From: Nitrospirota bacterium
GTDB taxonomy: Bacteria > Nitrospirota > JACRHJ01
Assembly: GCA_963845245.1 (NCBI GenBank)
Contig: CAWJRJ010000024.1
Span: 64,001-128,000, forward strand
DNA: 64,000 nucleotides
Reading direction: 5' to 3'
Below, in pieces: positions 1 through 9,870 of this stretch (positions are counted from its first letter, which is position 1; each line of letters opens with the position of its first letter). Under the pieces are notes generated by a model. It made no database searches. It saw only the letters and a list, made by a program, of their open reading frames with translations, and was not told the origin of the DNA. Position numbers and translations under genes: made by a program.

Positions 1-458
1 GAAAGCAGCCAGACTTCCGCACCACTTGAACGCGCTTCATCGAGTGCTGCCAACACAAACGGCGTCCTGCCCGAGGCCGCAATACCCAGCACCATGTCGC
101 GCGGTCCCACTTTCAGCTTTACAATAGAGGCCGCCCCGGCGGAGGCGTCGTCTTCCGCGCCCTCTACCGCCCGGTGGAATGCCTTTTTCCCGCCCGCCAT
201 GACGGACACAACCTGTTTTGGGTCCGCCGAGAACGTGGGAGGGCACTCCGAGGCGTCCAGCGCCCCGAGCCTGCCGGAAGTGCCCGCCCCGACGTATATC
301 AGCCTGCCACACGCACCTATCGCGGCTGCGGCATCCCTCGATGCGGCGGCAATATCGCGCCTTGCCTTCACCACCTCGGCAAAGGCCGTTGCGTCCGCCT
401 TATCCATCAGGGCCATGATTTCTTCTTCGCCGAGATACTCCAGCGGCTTACGTTTCAT
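1..458 (-). CDS. murQ: N-acetylmuramic acid 6-phosphate etherase (5' part; runs off window start)
   Basis: Manual translation from ATG 458 (GGAG RBS): [26 protein letters not shown]...RAVEGAEDD, the MurQ SIS signature. Not in the ORF track because the stop lies outside the window. Confidence 0.92.
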   Translation of the reverse strand, partial: MKRKPLEYLGEEEIMALMDKADATAFAEVVKARRDIAAASRDAAAAIGACGRLIYVGAGTSGRLGALDASECPPTFSADPKQVVSVMAGGKKAFHRAVEGAEDDASAGAASIVKLKVGPRDMVLGIAASGRTPFVLAALDEARSSGAEVWLL

Positions 459-625
459 CTGTAGTCTCCACTTGATATTGCCAAAAAGTATATACTAAAA
501 AATAAACGTTTTAAATACCAAACTTAGGCCTTACAAAGTTGACATGCCGGTTTGAGACGTGTTAAAATTACATAGTTTTAGCCCCCTGCCATGTTTACAA
601 CGAACATGACCTTCCCTGAGGACCG

Positions 626-1432
626 ATGTCGACAGCCAACCTTATTGAATTTATAAAACAGCTTGGCCCGGTTGCCGTGGCCTTTTCCGGCGGTGTCGAT
701 TCAAGCCTTGTCGCGGCTGCGGCCTTCCAGGCCCATGGCGAATCGGCCCTTGCAGTAACCATCGCATCGGAACTCTTCCCCGAAACCGAGGTGGTATGTG
801 CGGCAGAGGTCGCAAAGGCCATCGGCATCAGACACAAAACCATAAGGCTTTCCGTCCTCGGGAACGAGTCGGTTGTCTCTAACCCGCCCGACAGGTGCTA
901 CCACTGCAAGTCGGAAGACTTTTCCGCTATAATCGAGGTCGCCTCGAATGAAGGAATAAAGACAGTGGTAGACGGCACCAATGCCGACGACCCCAAGGGT
1001 CACCGGCCCGGCCTCAGGGCCCTCAAAGAGATGGGCATTATAAGCCCCCTGCTTGAACTAGGCATGACCAAGGATATGGTACGTGCTGCCGCCAAGGAAC
1101 TTGGGCTTCCCAACTACGAACGGCCCTCCTCACCGTGTCTGGCCAGCCGTTTCCCGTATGGTGTGCGGCTTACCACCGAGAAGATCGAGCGCGTACGGGC
1201 CGCCGAGGAGTTCATACGCTCCCTCGGAGTTTCCGTACTAAGGGTAAGAGACCACGACGGCCTTGCCCGTATCGAAGTGGAACCCCATGAAATCCCCATG
1301 CTTTCCTCGGGTGAGCTTGCAAAAAAAATAGTGGTCAAGCTTCGCTCCTTGGGTTATAATTACGTCACCCTTGACCTGGAGGGGTTCAGGAGCGGGAGCC
1401 TGGACCTGGTCCTGAAGAAAAACGGAGATTGA
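626..1432 (+). CDS. larE: ATP-dependent sulfur transferase, LarE family
   Basis: PP-loop SGGVDS, RCYHCK, RPGLRA, SPCLASRFPYG, RVRDH and GFRSGS motifs. Confidence 0.92.
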   Translation: MSTANLIEFIKQLGPVAVAFSGGVDSSLVAAAAFQAHGESALAVTIASELFPETEVVCAAEVAKAIGIRHKTIRLSVLGNESVVSNPPDRCYHCKSEDFSAIIEVASNEGIKTVVDGTNADDPKGHRPGLRALKEMGIISPLLELGMTKDMVRAAAKELGLPNYERPSSPCLASRFPYGVRLTTEKIERVRAAEEFIRSLGVSVLRVRDHDGLARIEVEPHEIPMLSSGELAKKIVVKLRSLGYNYVTLDLEGFRSGSLDLVLKKNGD

Positions 1433-1481
1433 CCTTCCGGCACGTTTTAACCGACAACACCGATTTTAATGGAGGCAGTCC

Positions 1482-2081
1482 ATGCCATTCACCTTTAGAC
1501 GTTTATCTATTTTAGCCATTGCCATCCTGGCCGTTTTCTCCCTTGCCGCATGCAGCAAGGAGAAACCGGAAGACGTGCCCGGCGACGCCACCTTAAGCCC
1601 CCGTTTCGAAACCGAGGCCCAACAGATGGAGACCGTGCTGAAGGACGACCCGAAGAATCTGAACACGCTCATCCAGCTTGGCAACCTCTATTACGACTGG
1701 GGCCAGAACGAGGTGGACACCAAGGGCGATACGGCTCAGCCCGAGGATAAATGGATTAGGGCAATAAATTACTACAGCCAGGCGCTTGATATCGACCCGA
1801 AGAACGTGAACATCCGCGTCGACATGGCAAACCTGATGCGGTTCACCGGCCGGCTCGACGAGGCTATAACTCAGTACCGCACCGCGATAAAGCAGGACCC
1901 GAAGCATGCACAGGCGCGTATCAACCTGATCAGCGCGCTAGGCCAGCAGAAGGAAGACTACAAGGCGGCGATCAGCGAGTACGATGCCCTGCTCAAGGTT
2001 GCGCCAGACCAGAAGGACAACGCCGCTTTAAAGCAGGAAGTGGATAGTTTCCGTAACGCGCCAAAGGAGATAAAGAAATAA
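1482..2081 (+). CDS. TPR-repeat lipoprotein
   Basis: GGAGG RBS, lipobox LAAC, several TPR-like helices. Confidence 0.85.
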   Translation: MPFTFRRLSILAIAILAVFSLAACSKEKPEDVPGDATLSPRFETEAQQMETVLKDDPKNLNTLIQLGNLYYDWGQNEVDTKGDTAQPEDKWIRAINYYSQALDIDPKNVNIRVDMANLMRFTGRLDEAITQYRTAIKQDPKHAQARINLISALGQQKEDYKAAISEYDALLKVAPDQKDNAALKQEVDSFRNAPKEIKK

Positions 2082-2341
2082 GAGCCCTCCTTTTAATAAT
2101 CCTTGCGGTATCCTTTTATATCTTCCTTAAAAGGGCGCTTGAGTATTTTCTGTCCAGCCAGACGCCCGGCAAGCAGGGTGGCGAGAAGAGCCGCACCCTT
2201 GAGGGCGACGAGATGGTGCAAGACCCTAACTGCAAGGTATACATCCCTGTCTCGCGGTCTGTCGTGCGCAGGATAGGTAGCGAGGACCTTCATTTCTGCA
2301 GCGAGGACTGCGCAAAAAGCTACATAAAAAACCTGAACTAA
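2078..2341 (+). CDS. Small membrane-anchored YHS/TRASH-like protein (ATA start)
   Basis: Open frame (M)RALLLIILAVSFYIFL...EMVQDPNCKVYIP...HFCSEDCAKSY. AAGGAG lies 8 nt before the ATA, which overlaps the upstream TAA. Confidence 0.8.
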   Translation: MRALLLIILAVSFYIFLKRALEYFLSSQTPGKQGGEKSRTLEGDEMVQDPNCKVYIPVSRSVVRRIGSEDLHFCSEDCAKSYIKNLN

Positions 2342-2412
2342 TATACTGTGCATTCTTTGGGCCGCCTTTCTTGCAAGAAAGGCGGGAATTGTTTTTAAAG
2401 GAGGAATTTCCG

Positions 2413-3733
2413 ATGAGTTTTGAACGCGACTTGCTCCGGTTCCCGGAGGCGATAAACGACGAGGACTACGTAATAGCGACTTATTACCTTGAGACCCCGA
2501 TGGACCTCTACAAGGCGGCGAACGCATTCGCGGCCGAGCAGTCCACCGGCACCTGGCAGAGGGTCGGCTACGAGACGGACGCGATGCGCGAGAAGCACGG
2601 CATCAAGGTGGTGGGCATATACAAGCTCCCCTACGAGCCGACAGGCCCGAACCTGCCCACCGGCACGAAGATGTCCGAGTTCGGCGCGGGCAACGTGAAG
2701 ATAAACGCGGCGGTGCTCAGGCTCGCATTCCCGCATATAAACTTCGGGCCGAAGATCCCGAACCTCCTTACCGCCGTCGCGGGCAACCTCTACGAGATGG
2801 GCGCGTTCACGGCCATAAAGCTTCTGGACCTGGAATTCCCGGACAGCTTCCTGAAGGAGTTCACCGGCCCGCGCTTCGGCATCGAGGGCACGCGCAAGAT
2901 CATCGGCGTGTATGACAGGCCGATAGTCGGCGCGATAATAAAGCCCTGCGTCGGGATATCGCCCAAGCAGATTGCCGAGCTTGCATACCAGGGCGCAAAG
3001 GGCGGCCTCGACTTCATTAAGGACGACGAGCTTATCGCCGATACCAAGTACAACTCCGTCAAGGCACGCGTCAAGACCATAGTGAAGGCCCTCAAGCGCG
3101 CAGAGGACGAGACCGGCGAGAAGACGATGTATGCATTCAACATCACCGACCGGATGGACAGGATAAGGGAACTGCACGACATAGTGGTGGAAGGCGGCGG
3201 CAACTGCGTTATGATAAACGCGGCCACGGCCGGGCTTGAGGCGATGCGCGAGCTTGCCGAATATACCCAGGTGCCCATCCATTGCCACCGCGACTTCGCA
3301 CCGATGTGGACCCGTTCGCCGTACCTCGGCATCAGCTTCACCTGCCTCACAAAGCTGTTCAGGCTGTCCGGCGCGGACCAGACGCACTGCGGCGCGATAT
3401 CCGGCAAGCTCTACGAGACGGACGAAGAGGTGCTACGACAACATCCGCACCTGCACGCACGAGTTCGGAAACATCGCCCCCTCCACCCCGGTAAGCTCCG
3501 GCGGCCAGTGGGCGGGCAAGGCGGCCATCAACAAGCGCAAGATCGGCCACGTGGACTTCATACACCTTGCGGGCGGCGGCATATACGCGCACCCGGGCGG
3601 TGCCGAGGCTGGCGCAAGGAGCGTCAGGCAGGCCTGGGAGGCGGTGCTTTCCGGTATCGATGTCGAGGAGTACGCGAAGGACCACGAGGCGCTCGCGCAG
3701 GCGATAGCGCATTTCGGGAAGCCGGTATCTTAA
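2413..3733 (+). CDS. RuBisCO-like protein (form IV RLP); frameshift near 3435
   Basis: AEQSTGTW, GLDFIKDDE, HCHR, GKL. The C-terminus PVSSGG/LAGGGIYAHPGG continues in the frame of ORF 3236..3733. Confidence 0.93.
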
Positions 3734-3762
3734 AGGATGTTTAAATAGTACTGGAAATAGAA

Positions 3763-3794
3763 AAGGCCGCCCAACTGGGCGGCCTTATTGTTTT
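3763..3794. terminator. Bidirectional intrinsic terminator
   Basis: aaggccgccca-ac-tgggcggcctt hairpin with A/T-rich flanks, between convergent genes. Confidence 0.8.
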
Positions 3795-3807
3795 AGCTTA
3801 ACGCGTG

Positions 3808-4401
3808 CTACTTCTTCTCGGGGGCCGCTGTCGGCTTCGTGCCGACGAGCTCAGAGACCGGAGTAGTCTTCGCGCCGGATACCTCGTCCATGCTGTTGAA
3901 CACCTTCAAGGCATCGCGGTTGACTGATTTGTCCACCTTTGCCGGATGGCAGACGTCGCAGAACGCCGCCATGTTTGAGCCGTCCTTACCGGTGTCCACG
4001 CGGAGGTACTTGTAGTTCGGGTTCGAGGGATGCGGGTCATGGCAGCTGACGCATTCCATCACGCCGTCCCTGAGCAGGCCGTCCGGGACGTTGGCTACCT
4101 TCCTGTTTACCCTGGAGCCGAACGGGTGGGTGGTGTGTGCCGATATCGGGAGTATGCCCATGCCGCCCTTGTCGGCGTCCGCATGGCAGCCCAGACAGAA
4201 GGCCGAGACGCTCTTGGCCGAACGCGAAGCACCCTCAGGCAGCGCCTTCGGGTTCGGGGCAACCTCTGCTATAATGGCGCCCTTCGCATAATGCAGGCTG
4301 TGGCAGCCCTTGCACTGCATACCGTCATGCGCACCCGCGGCGAACGACGCCCCTGCGGTAATAAGAACAAATGATGCCGTTAATATCGCTTTCTTGATCA
4401 T
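3808..4401 (-). CDS. Periplasmic tetraheme cytochrome c (doubled-CXXCH type)
   Basis: Signal peptide; CKGCH, CLGCH, CVSCH(DPH) and CDVCH. Confidence 0.9.
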   Translation of the reverse strand: MIKKAILTASFVLITAGASFAAGAHDGMQCKGCHSLHYAKGAIIAEVAPNPKALPEGASRSAKSVSAFCLGCHADADKGGMGILPISAHTTHPFGSRVNRKVANVPDGLLRDGVMECVSCHDPHPSNPNYKYLRVDTGKDGSNMAAFCDVCHPAKVDKSVNRDALKVFNSMDEVSGAKTTPVSELVGTKPTAAPEKK

Positions 4402-4582
4402 AGAAACCGACCCTCCGTTTGCCAGGTTAACGATGATTGCCTTTTTAACGTGTGAAAGGCTACAATGAACGGATGTATCGTGTCAAGCATTTTAAGCTGC
4501 TTTTGGTTGCAATTTCCACAATTAAAGCGTACTATATCATCAAATAATATGAATTTCCCCCCGTTTTTCCCGGATATCGCAA

Positions 4583-5954
4583 TTGAATAAAAACCTCCAT
4601 CTCGACCTAAAATCTATTCTGCCCGAGAGTTCGGTCCTGACCGGTGAGGAAGAGCTTATCTGCTATTCCTCGGACGCCACGCGTCTTATGGGTACACCCG
4701 ATGTCGTTGTGCGCCCGGACAGCTCTGATCTGATCTCCGAGATAATGGCGATAGCCGCCTCACACAAGACGCCTGTAGTCCCGAGGGGCGCGGGTACGGG
4801 ACTTTCCGGGGGATGCGTGCCTTCACGGGGCGGGATAGTCGTCGTAACTGAAAAGCTGAACCGTATCATAGATATAGACCCGGTAGACCTGGTGGCGACT
4901 GTGGAGCCGGGCGTTGTCACGGCGAAACTGCATGAGGCTGCGGAAGCGGTCGGGCTGTTCTACCCGCCCGACCCGGCAAGCTTCAAGGCCTGCACCATCG
5001 GCGGGAACATCGCTGAGAATGCAGGCGGCCTGCGGGGCCTGAAATACGGCGTCACGCGCGACTACACGATGGGGCTCGACCTGGTGCTCCCATCCGGCAA
5101 AAAGATGAAGACCGGCGGCAGGACGCTCAAGAACGTGACGGGTTACGACCTCACGAGGCTGATGGCAGGCTCCGAGGGGACGCTCGGTTTCATTGCCGGC
5201 GCGACCCTGAAGCTGATACCAAAACCAGAGGCAAAGGCGGGTTTCCTTGCAGGCTATAAGACACTGGAGGCTGCCTCAAAGGCGGTGGTATCAATAATAA
5301 AATCCGGCATCATCCCGTCAACACTTGAGATAATGGACGACGTGACTATAAAGGCGGTACAGGACTACCAGGGGACGGAGATAATGGACTGCGGCGCGAT
5401 GCTGCTTATAGAGGTGGACGGCTTCGAGCTGGAGGTGAAGTCCCAGACGGAAAAGCTTAAGGACACCCTCGTCAAAGACCGACGCGACCGAGATACGGCA
5501 GGCGGTCGACCCGGAAGAACAGGCTGCGCTCTGGACCGCAAGGCGATCCGCCCTCACCGCTTTGGCAAGGGTTGCGCCCAGCGTGGTGCTTGAGGACGCG
5601 ACCGTACCCAGAAGCAAGATACCAGCACTTGTGCGCGCCATCTCCGGCATATCCCAGAAATACGGCCTCTTGATCGGCACATTCGGACACGCGGGTGACG
5701 GCAACCTGCACCCGACGATAATCACCGACCTGCGCGTGGCGGAAAACAGGCACAAGGTGGAGGCGGCGGTGGCCGAGATATTCAAGGCCGCGCTGTCGCT
5801 TGGCGGCACGCTCTCGGGCGAGCACGGCATCGGACTTGCCAAGGCGCCGTTCATGGAGGCCGAAGTTGGAAAAGATGGGCTATCCGCGATGCGGGCCATT
5901 AAGCATGCATTCGACCCGACGGGGATAATGAACCCCGGAAAGATATTTATTTAA
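4583..5954 (+). CDS. glcD: FAD-linked glycolate/D-lactate oxidase subunit; frameshift near 5475
   Basis: PRGAGTGLSGG, YPPDPAS, KYGVTRDY, then GHAGDGNLHP and GEHGIG in ORF 5562..5954. Confidence 0.9.
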
Positions 5955-5961
5955 CTTTACT

Positions 5962-7224
5962 ATGTTAAAAGACTACAAAGACGAAATATTTAAATGTATC
6001 CGGTGCGGGGCATGCCGCGCGGTATGCCCGACCTTCGGGGAGGAACTGTCCGAGATAGCGGTTGCCCGGGGCAGGATGGCCCTCGTGGAAGCCGTTATCG
6101 AGGGCGACCTCGACCTTACCCCGGCATTTGAGAAGGCGATATTCCACTGCACGATGTGCGGGGCCTGCAAGGCGAACTGCCCGTCCGGCGTGGACGTGCC
6201 TTCCATATTGGAGGCGGCGCGCGCAGACCTCGTGACACAAAAGGGCAGCGAGCCGCTGATGCGTTACCTGGCTAAGCAGGCGCTCAAGGACAAGAAGGCG
6301 ATGGACCGCTCCTTCCTGCTGATGGCGCTCGGCAGCGCAGCGTACGGGCCTTTGTCAAAGACACCCCTGTCCAAATATCTCCCCATGCAGCCAAAGGGCG
6401 GCGCAAAACGGCATTTCCCAAAGCTTCCGCTGAAACCACTGTCAAAGAGGGTGCCGGAGCTGTCCCGCACGGAGAAACCCAAAGGGACGGTGGCCTTCTT
6501 TGCGGGCTGCGTCATAAACTACGTATACCCCGAAATAGGCGAGTCCACTATAGCCGTCCTGAACCGGGCGGGCTATAACGTGGTGCTGGCCAAAGGCGAG
6601 CTATGCTGCGGCAAGCCATTGAAATCATTGGGTGAGGCAGACGCCTACTCTGCCCTCGCTGGTGATTGCGTTAAGGTACTGGCCGGGATGAAGGCGGATG
6701 CATACATTACCGCCTGCCCCACTTGCGCCTTGACTTTGAAGGAGGATTACCCTAAAATCCTCCCCGAATCAGACGATGCTCGGAGGGTCGCTGAAAAGGT
6801 CACGGACATAAACAAGTTCATTTTGGAGCAGTCCGACCTTATAAAGCAACTCGATGGACTGGAGACCTCCGTCACATACCACGACCCCTGCCACTTGAAC
6901 TTCGGCTTCGGCATAAAGAAGCAGCCGAGGGAGCTTATCAACGAGGCTACTGGCGGCGGGCTTGTGGAGATGGCAGAGGCCGACCGCTGCTGCGGTTTCG
7001 GGGGCAGCTTCAGTTTCATGAACTACGAACTCTCAGGCAGGATCGCCGACAGGAAGGCGCGGAACATCGCCGCCTCGACTGCCAGCCTGGTTGCAACCGC
7101 CTGCCCAGGCTGCCTCATGCATTTACGGGATGCGCTTGCACGGACGGGCGCTAAAACAGACGCATTACACACGGTACAAATAATAGACAAAGCACTAAGA
7201 AAACAGGGGGGAGAAAAGAAATGA
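5962..7224 (+). CDS. glcF: Glycolate oxidase Fe-S subunit
   Basis: Two CxxCxxCxxxCP motifs plus two CCG domains (CCG, YHDPCH, ACPGC). Confidence 0.87.
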   Translation: MLKDYKDEIFKCIRCGACRAVCPTFGEELSEIAVARGRMALVEAVIEGDLDLTPAFEKAIFHCTMCGACKANCPSGVDVPSILEAARADLVTQKGSEPLMRYLAKQALKDKKAMDRSFLLMALGSAAYGPLSKTPLSKYLPMQPKGGAKRHFPKLPLKPLSKRVPELSRTEKPKGTVAFFAGCVINYVYPEIGESTIAVLNRAGYNVVLAKGELCCGKPLKSLGEADAYSALAGDCVKVLAGMKADAYITACPTCALTLKEDYPKILPESDDARRVAEKVTDINKFILEQSDLIKQLDGLETSVTYHDPCHLNFGFGIKKQPRELINEATGGGLVEMAEADRCCGFGGSFSFMNYELSGRIADRKARNIAASTASLVATACPGCLMHLRDALARTGAKTDALHTVQIIDKALRKQGGEKK

Positions 7225-7862
7225 AATTTTTTATAGATACTGCAAACCTTGAGGAGATAAAAGAGGCAAACAGCCTGGGCGTCATCGACGGCGTCACGAC
7301 AAACCCGTCTCTTATAGCCAAGGAGAAATGCGACTTCAAGCAGCGCATCATCGACATCTGCAATATAGTGGACGGGCCGGTATCCGCCGAGGTCGTGAGC
7401 CTTGAGGCCTCAGGGATGGTCTCCGAGGGTCTGGACCTTGCCGCGCTCAACAAAGACAAGGTCGTCGTGAAGCTCCCGATGACGAAGGACGGCCTGAAGG
7501 CCTGCAAGCAGCTGACCGGAATGGGCATAAAGACAAACGTCACCTTGGTCTTCTCCCCGAACCAGGCCCTTCTTGCCGCAAAGGCCGGCGCGACCTACGT
7601 ATCGCCTTTCGTCGGCAGACTGGACGACATATCGCACAACGGCATGGACCTCATCGAGCAGATACTTACCATATACGGCAACTACGACTTCGCATCGCAG
7701 GTTATAGTGGCCTCCATCCGCAACCCGCTGCATGTTGTCGAGGCGGCTATGATGGGCGCGCATGTCGCTACGATACCCTTCAGCGTCATCGAGTCGCTCA
7801 GTAAGCACCCGCTGACTGATATCGGAATACAGAAATTCCTGGCGGACTGGGAAAAGAAATAA
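7221..7862 (+). CDS. tal: Transaldolase, short Tal/FSA family
   Basis: FFIDTAN, GVTTNPS, SAEV, VKLP, SPFVGR. The Glu/Phe pair favours transaldolase over FSA. Confidence 0.92.
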   Translation: MKFFIDTANLEEIKEANSLGVIDGVTTNPSLIAKEKCDFKQRIIDICNIVDGPVSAEVVSLEASGMVSEGLDLAALNKDKVVVKLPMTKDGLKACKQLTGMGIKTNVTLVFSPNQALLAAKAGATYVSPFVGRLDDISHNGMDLIEQILTIYGNYDFASQVIVASIRNPLHVVEAAMMGAHVATIPFSVIESLSKHPLTDIGIQKFLADWEKK

Positions 7863-7868
7863 CCATCA

Positions 7869-7943
7869 GTAGGGGCCGACCTTCGTGTCGGCCCTAGATA
7901 TAATCAGGAAACAAGAAGGGCCGACACGAAGGTCGGCCCCTAC
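7869..7943. repeat. GTAG-family REP doublet (REPIN-like)
   Basis: gtaggggccgaccttcgtgtcggccc (7869-7894) and its exact reverse complement (7918-7943); each copy is internally palindromic. Confidence 0.85.
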
Positions 7944-7952
7944 AAGTTGATT

Positions 7953-8174
7953 ATGCCTATATACGAATACCACTGCCCGCGCTGCGGCGAGGATTTTGAG
8001 AAGCTTGTCTTCGGCAACGCGCAGGTGGAATGCCCTAAATGCAAATGCGCCAAACCCGACAAGAAGATGTCCGCCTTCGGAATGTCCGGGAAGAGCGAGA
8101 AGGGCGGCTCACTGGCCTCGTCCGGCTCGTCCTGCTCCGGCTGCACGTCGTCTTCCTGCTCGACCTGCCACTAA
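7953..8174 (+). CDS. FmdB-family zinc-ribbon protein
   Basis: MPIYEYHCPRC...CPKC...S and a Cys-rich tail. Confidence 0.9.
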   Translation: MPIYEYHCPRCGEDFEKLVFGNAQVECPKCKCAKPDKKMSAFGMSGKSEKGGSLASSGSSCSGCTSSSCSTCH

Positions 8175-8194
8175 GGCACCGGCCCAGAATAAGC

Positions 8195-9646
8195 CTACTT
8201 TTTTCTGCCGAGCCCCTTCAGCGCCTTGTCGTTCCTTGGGTCGATCTTAAGCGCCTCTTCAAACGACTTCTTTGACTTGTCTTTTATGCCGGCCCTTTGA
8301 TAAAGCAGCCCAAGGTTCGCACGATGGTCGGCGTTGCCCGGCTCTAGCTCGATTGCGGCAAGCATGGCCTCCTCGGCCTCGGACTCGCGCTTCGGCCTTT
8401 GCAAAAGCGCAAGGGCCAGGTGGCTGTAATAGCCCGCGTTAGAGGCGTCAAGCCTGGTGGCCTCCTTGAAGTGTACCGTTGCAGATTCCAGGTCTTTAGC
8501 CTTGAAGCTCGCTATGCCCTTTGAAAACGCCTCTTTCGCCTTGGCCGGGTCCTTCGCCTTCTTGTATCCGGTGCCGCTTTTGCCCTGCATCACGGTTGCA
8601 AGCGAGAGGTCGTACTCCCAGCGCCTGGAGTCGTCCGACAGTATATTGTATGCCTCGGTCAAACTGTTGAAGAGCTCCTCGAGCTCGCCCTTTAGCTGCT
8701 GCATCCCCGCCTTGAACTGCTGGTCCGGGTGGTATGTCTTCGCCATCTTCAGGTAGGCTTCCTCAACTTCGACCGAGGTGGCCTCAGTATCTATATGGAG
8801 CAGTTCGTAGTAGTTCTGGCTTTTTGAGTCTATATAGGCCTTGTGCACCGCAGTCTTTTCCAGGCCTGGTGTTGGCCCTATATCGGCGCCCTTTGCCGTA
8901 CCCGCCTTCTTGCCCGCCGGTGCACTGGCCCCGGCCTCCTCCAGCATACCTATCGAATAAAACGTGTAAACGGCCTTGAGGGCGTCGAAGTCGCCCATCT
9001 TGGAGAGAGAAAAGACCTCTTTTATGCTTTTCTTCCCGTCAAAAAGCGAAAGCATGGTGCGTTCTCCTTCGCTTAGGCCTATGTCCTGGTAGAGTTTCAA
9101 CGGGTTGGCGGTAATGGCCAGGACCGACTTCATGGGCGGCACTCCCCTCGATATGCGGGTCCAGTCGTCTATCCTTTTTATGCCCTGAAGTATGAGGTTT
9201 GCCGTGGACATGTGGAGCGTGATGACCTCTGAAGCTGGCAACTCTCCCGCAGTGAATTCGTAATCGCCGTCGGTCCAGTCGAAAAGGCTCGCGACGATCT
9301 CCTGAACCTGGTATTTCACGCCCCAGAAAAGGTCTTTTGGTTTGAGGTGCCCGAGCTCCACGAGCACGCCGCCCATCCTCTTGCCCGTCTGTATTACGAC
9401 CTTTGAGGCGGCATCGAACTGGCTGAGGGTTATCTTGCCCGTCTTAAGGAGTATTTCGCCCAGACGGTCCCCTTCATAGGTGGACGAGGCGAATATTATG
9501 TCCCCGTTTTTGATAAAAAGCTTCTTGTTCACCCCGTCCCTCAGGAGGGCGAGGGTGCCGGTGCTCTTTATCTCGTGTATGTGGCTCAGCAGCCTTGGAA
9601 GGTTGTTTTCGTCGAGTTTTCCGGCAAGCGGTATTCCGGGTGACAT
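8195..9646 (-). CDS. DUF4388 + DnaJ (J-domain) + TPR protein
   Basis: N-terminal TGTL...GDIIFASS...LFDWTDGDYEF (DUF4388-like), NYYELL...YHPD J-domain, C-terminal TPRs. ATG 9646 follows AAGGAG. Confidence 0.85.
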   Translation of the reverse strand: MSPGIPLAGKLDENNLPRLLSHIHEIKSTGTLALLRDGVNKKLFIKNGDIIFASSTYEGDRLGEILLKTGKITLSQFDAASKVVIQTGKRMGGVLVELGHLKPKDLFWGVKYQVQEIVASLFDWTDGDYEFTAGELPASEVITLHMSTANLILQGIKRIDDWTRISRGVPPMKSVLAITANPLKLYQDIGLSEGERTMLSLFDGKKSIKEVFSLSKMGDFDALKAVYTFYSIGMLEEAGASAPAGKKAGTAKGADIGPTPGLEKTAVHKAYIDSKSQNYYELLHIDTEATSVEVEEAYLKMAKTYHPDQQFKAGMQQLKGELEELFNSLTEAYNILSDDSRRWEYDLSLATVMQGKSGTGYKKAKDPAKAKEAFSKGIASFKAKDLESATVHFKEATRLDASNAGYYSHLALALLQRPKRESEAEEAMLAAIELEPGNADHRANLGLLYQRAGIKDKSKKSFEEALKIDPRNDKALKGLGRKK

Positions 9647-9671
9647 AATTTCGGCTCCTTTTTCGGACAAG

Positions 9672-9766
9672 AATATACCTTAACGCCGGCCATTGTCAAT
9701 CCCCATAATTTTAAAAGATATTTTAGGATTAATCGAATTGACAACCGTTCCGTGCGTATGATAATA
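9672..9766. promoter_or_regulatory. Divergent sigma70-type promoters
   Basis: Minus strand TTGACA-N16-TATATT; plus strand TTGACA-N16-GATAAT upstream of the pfk genes. Confidence 0.55.
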
Positions 9767-9870
9767 TCAGCATACCGGAGCGCCTTTTCCTCCGCAGCCT
9801 TCACTATAAACTTCTACCGTTGATTTTATTATTATTTTAAGCAGTTCATTTCGAAGGGAGATTTTTGGGG

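Noticed and set aside
2413..3733. True (form I-III) RuBisCO and a Calvin cycle
   Set aside because: The K177 equivalent is Cys, the backbone resembles form IV, and there is no prk or small subunit in the window.
7869..7943. CRISPR array
   Set aside because: Only two inverted copies, no direct repeat-spacer series and no cas genes.
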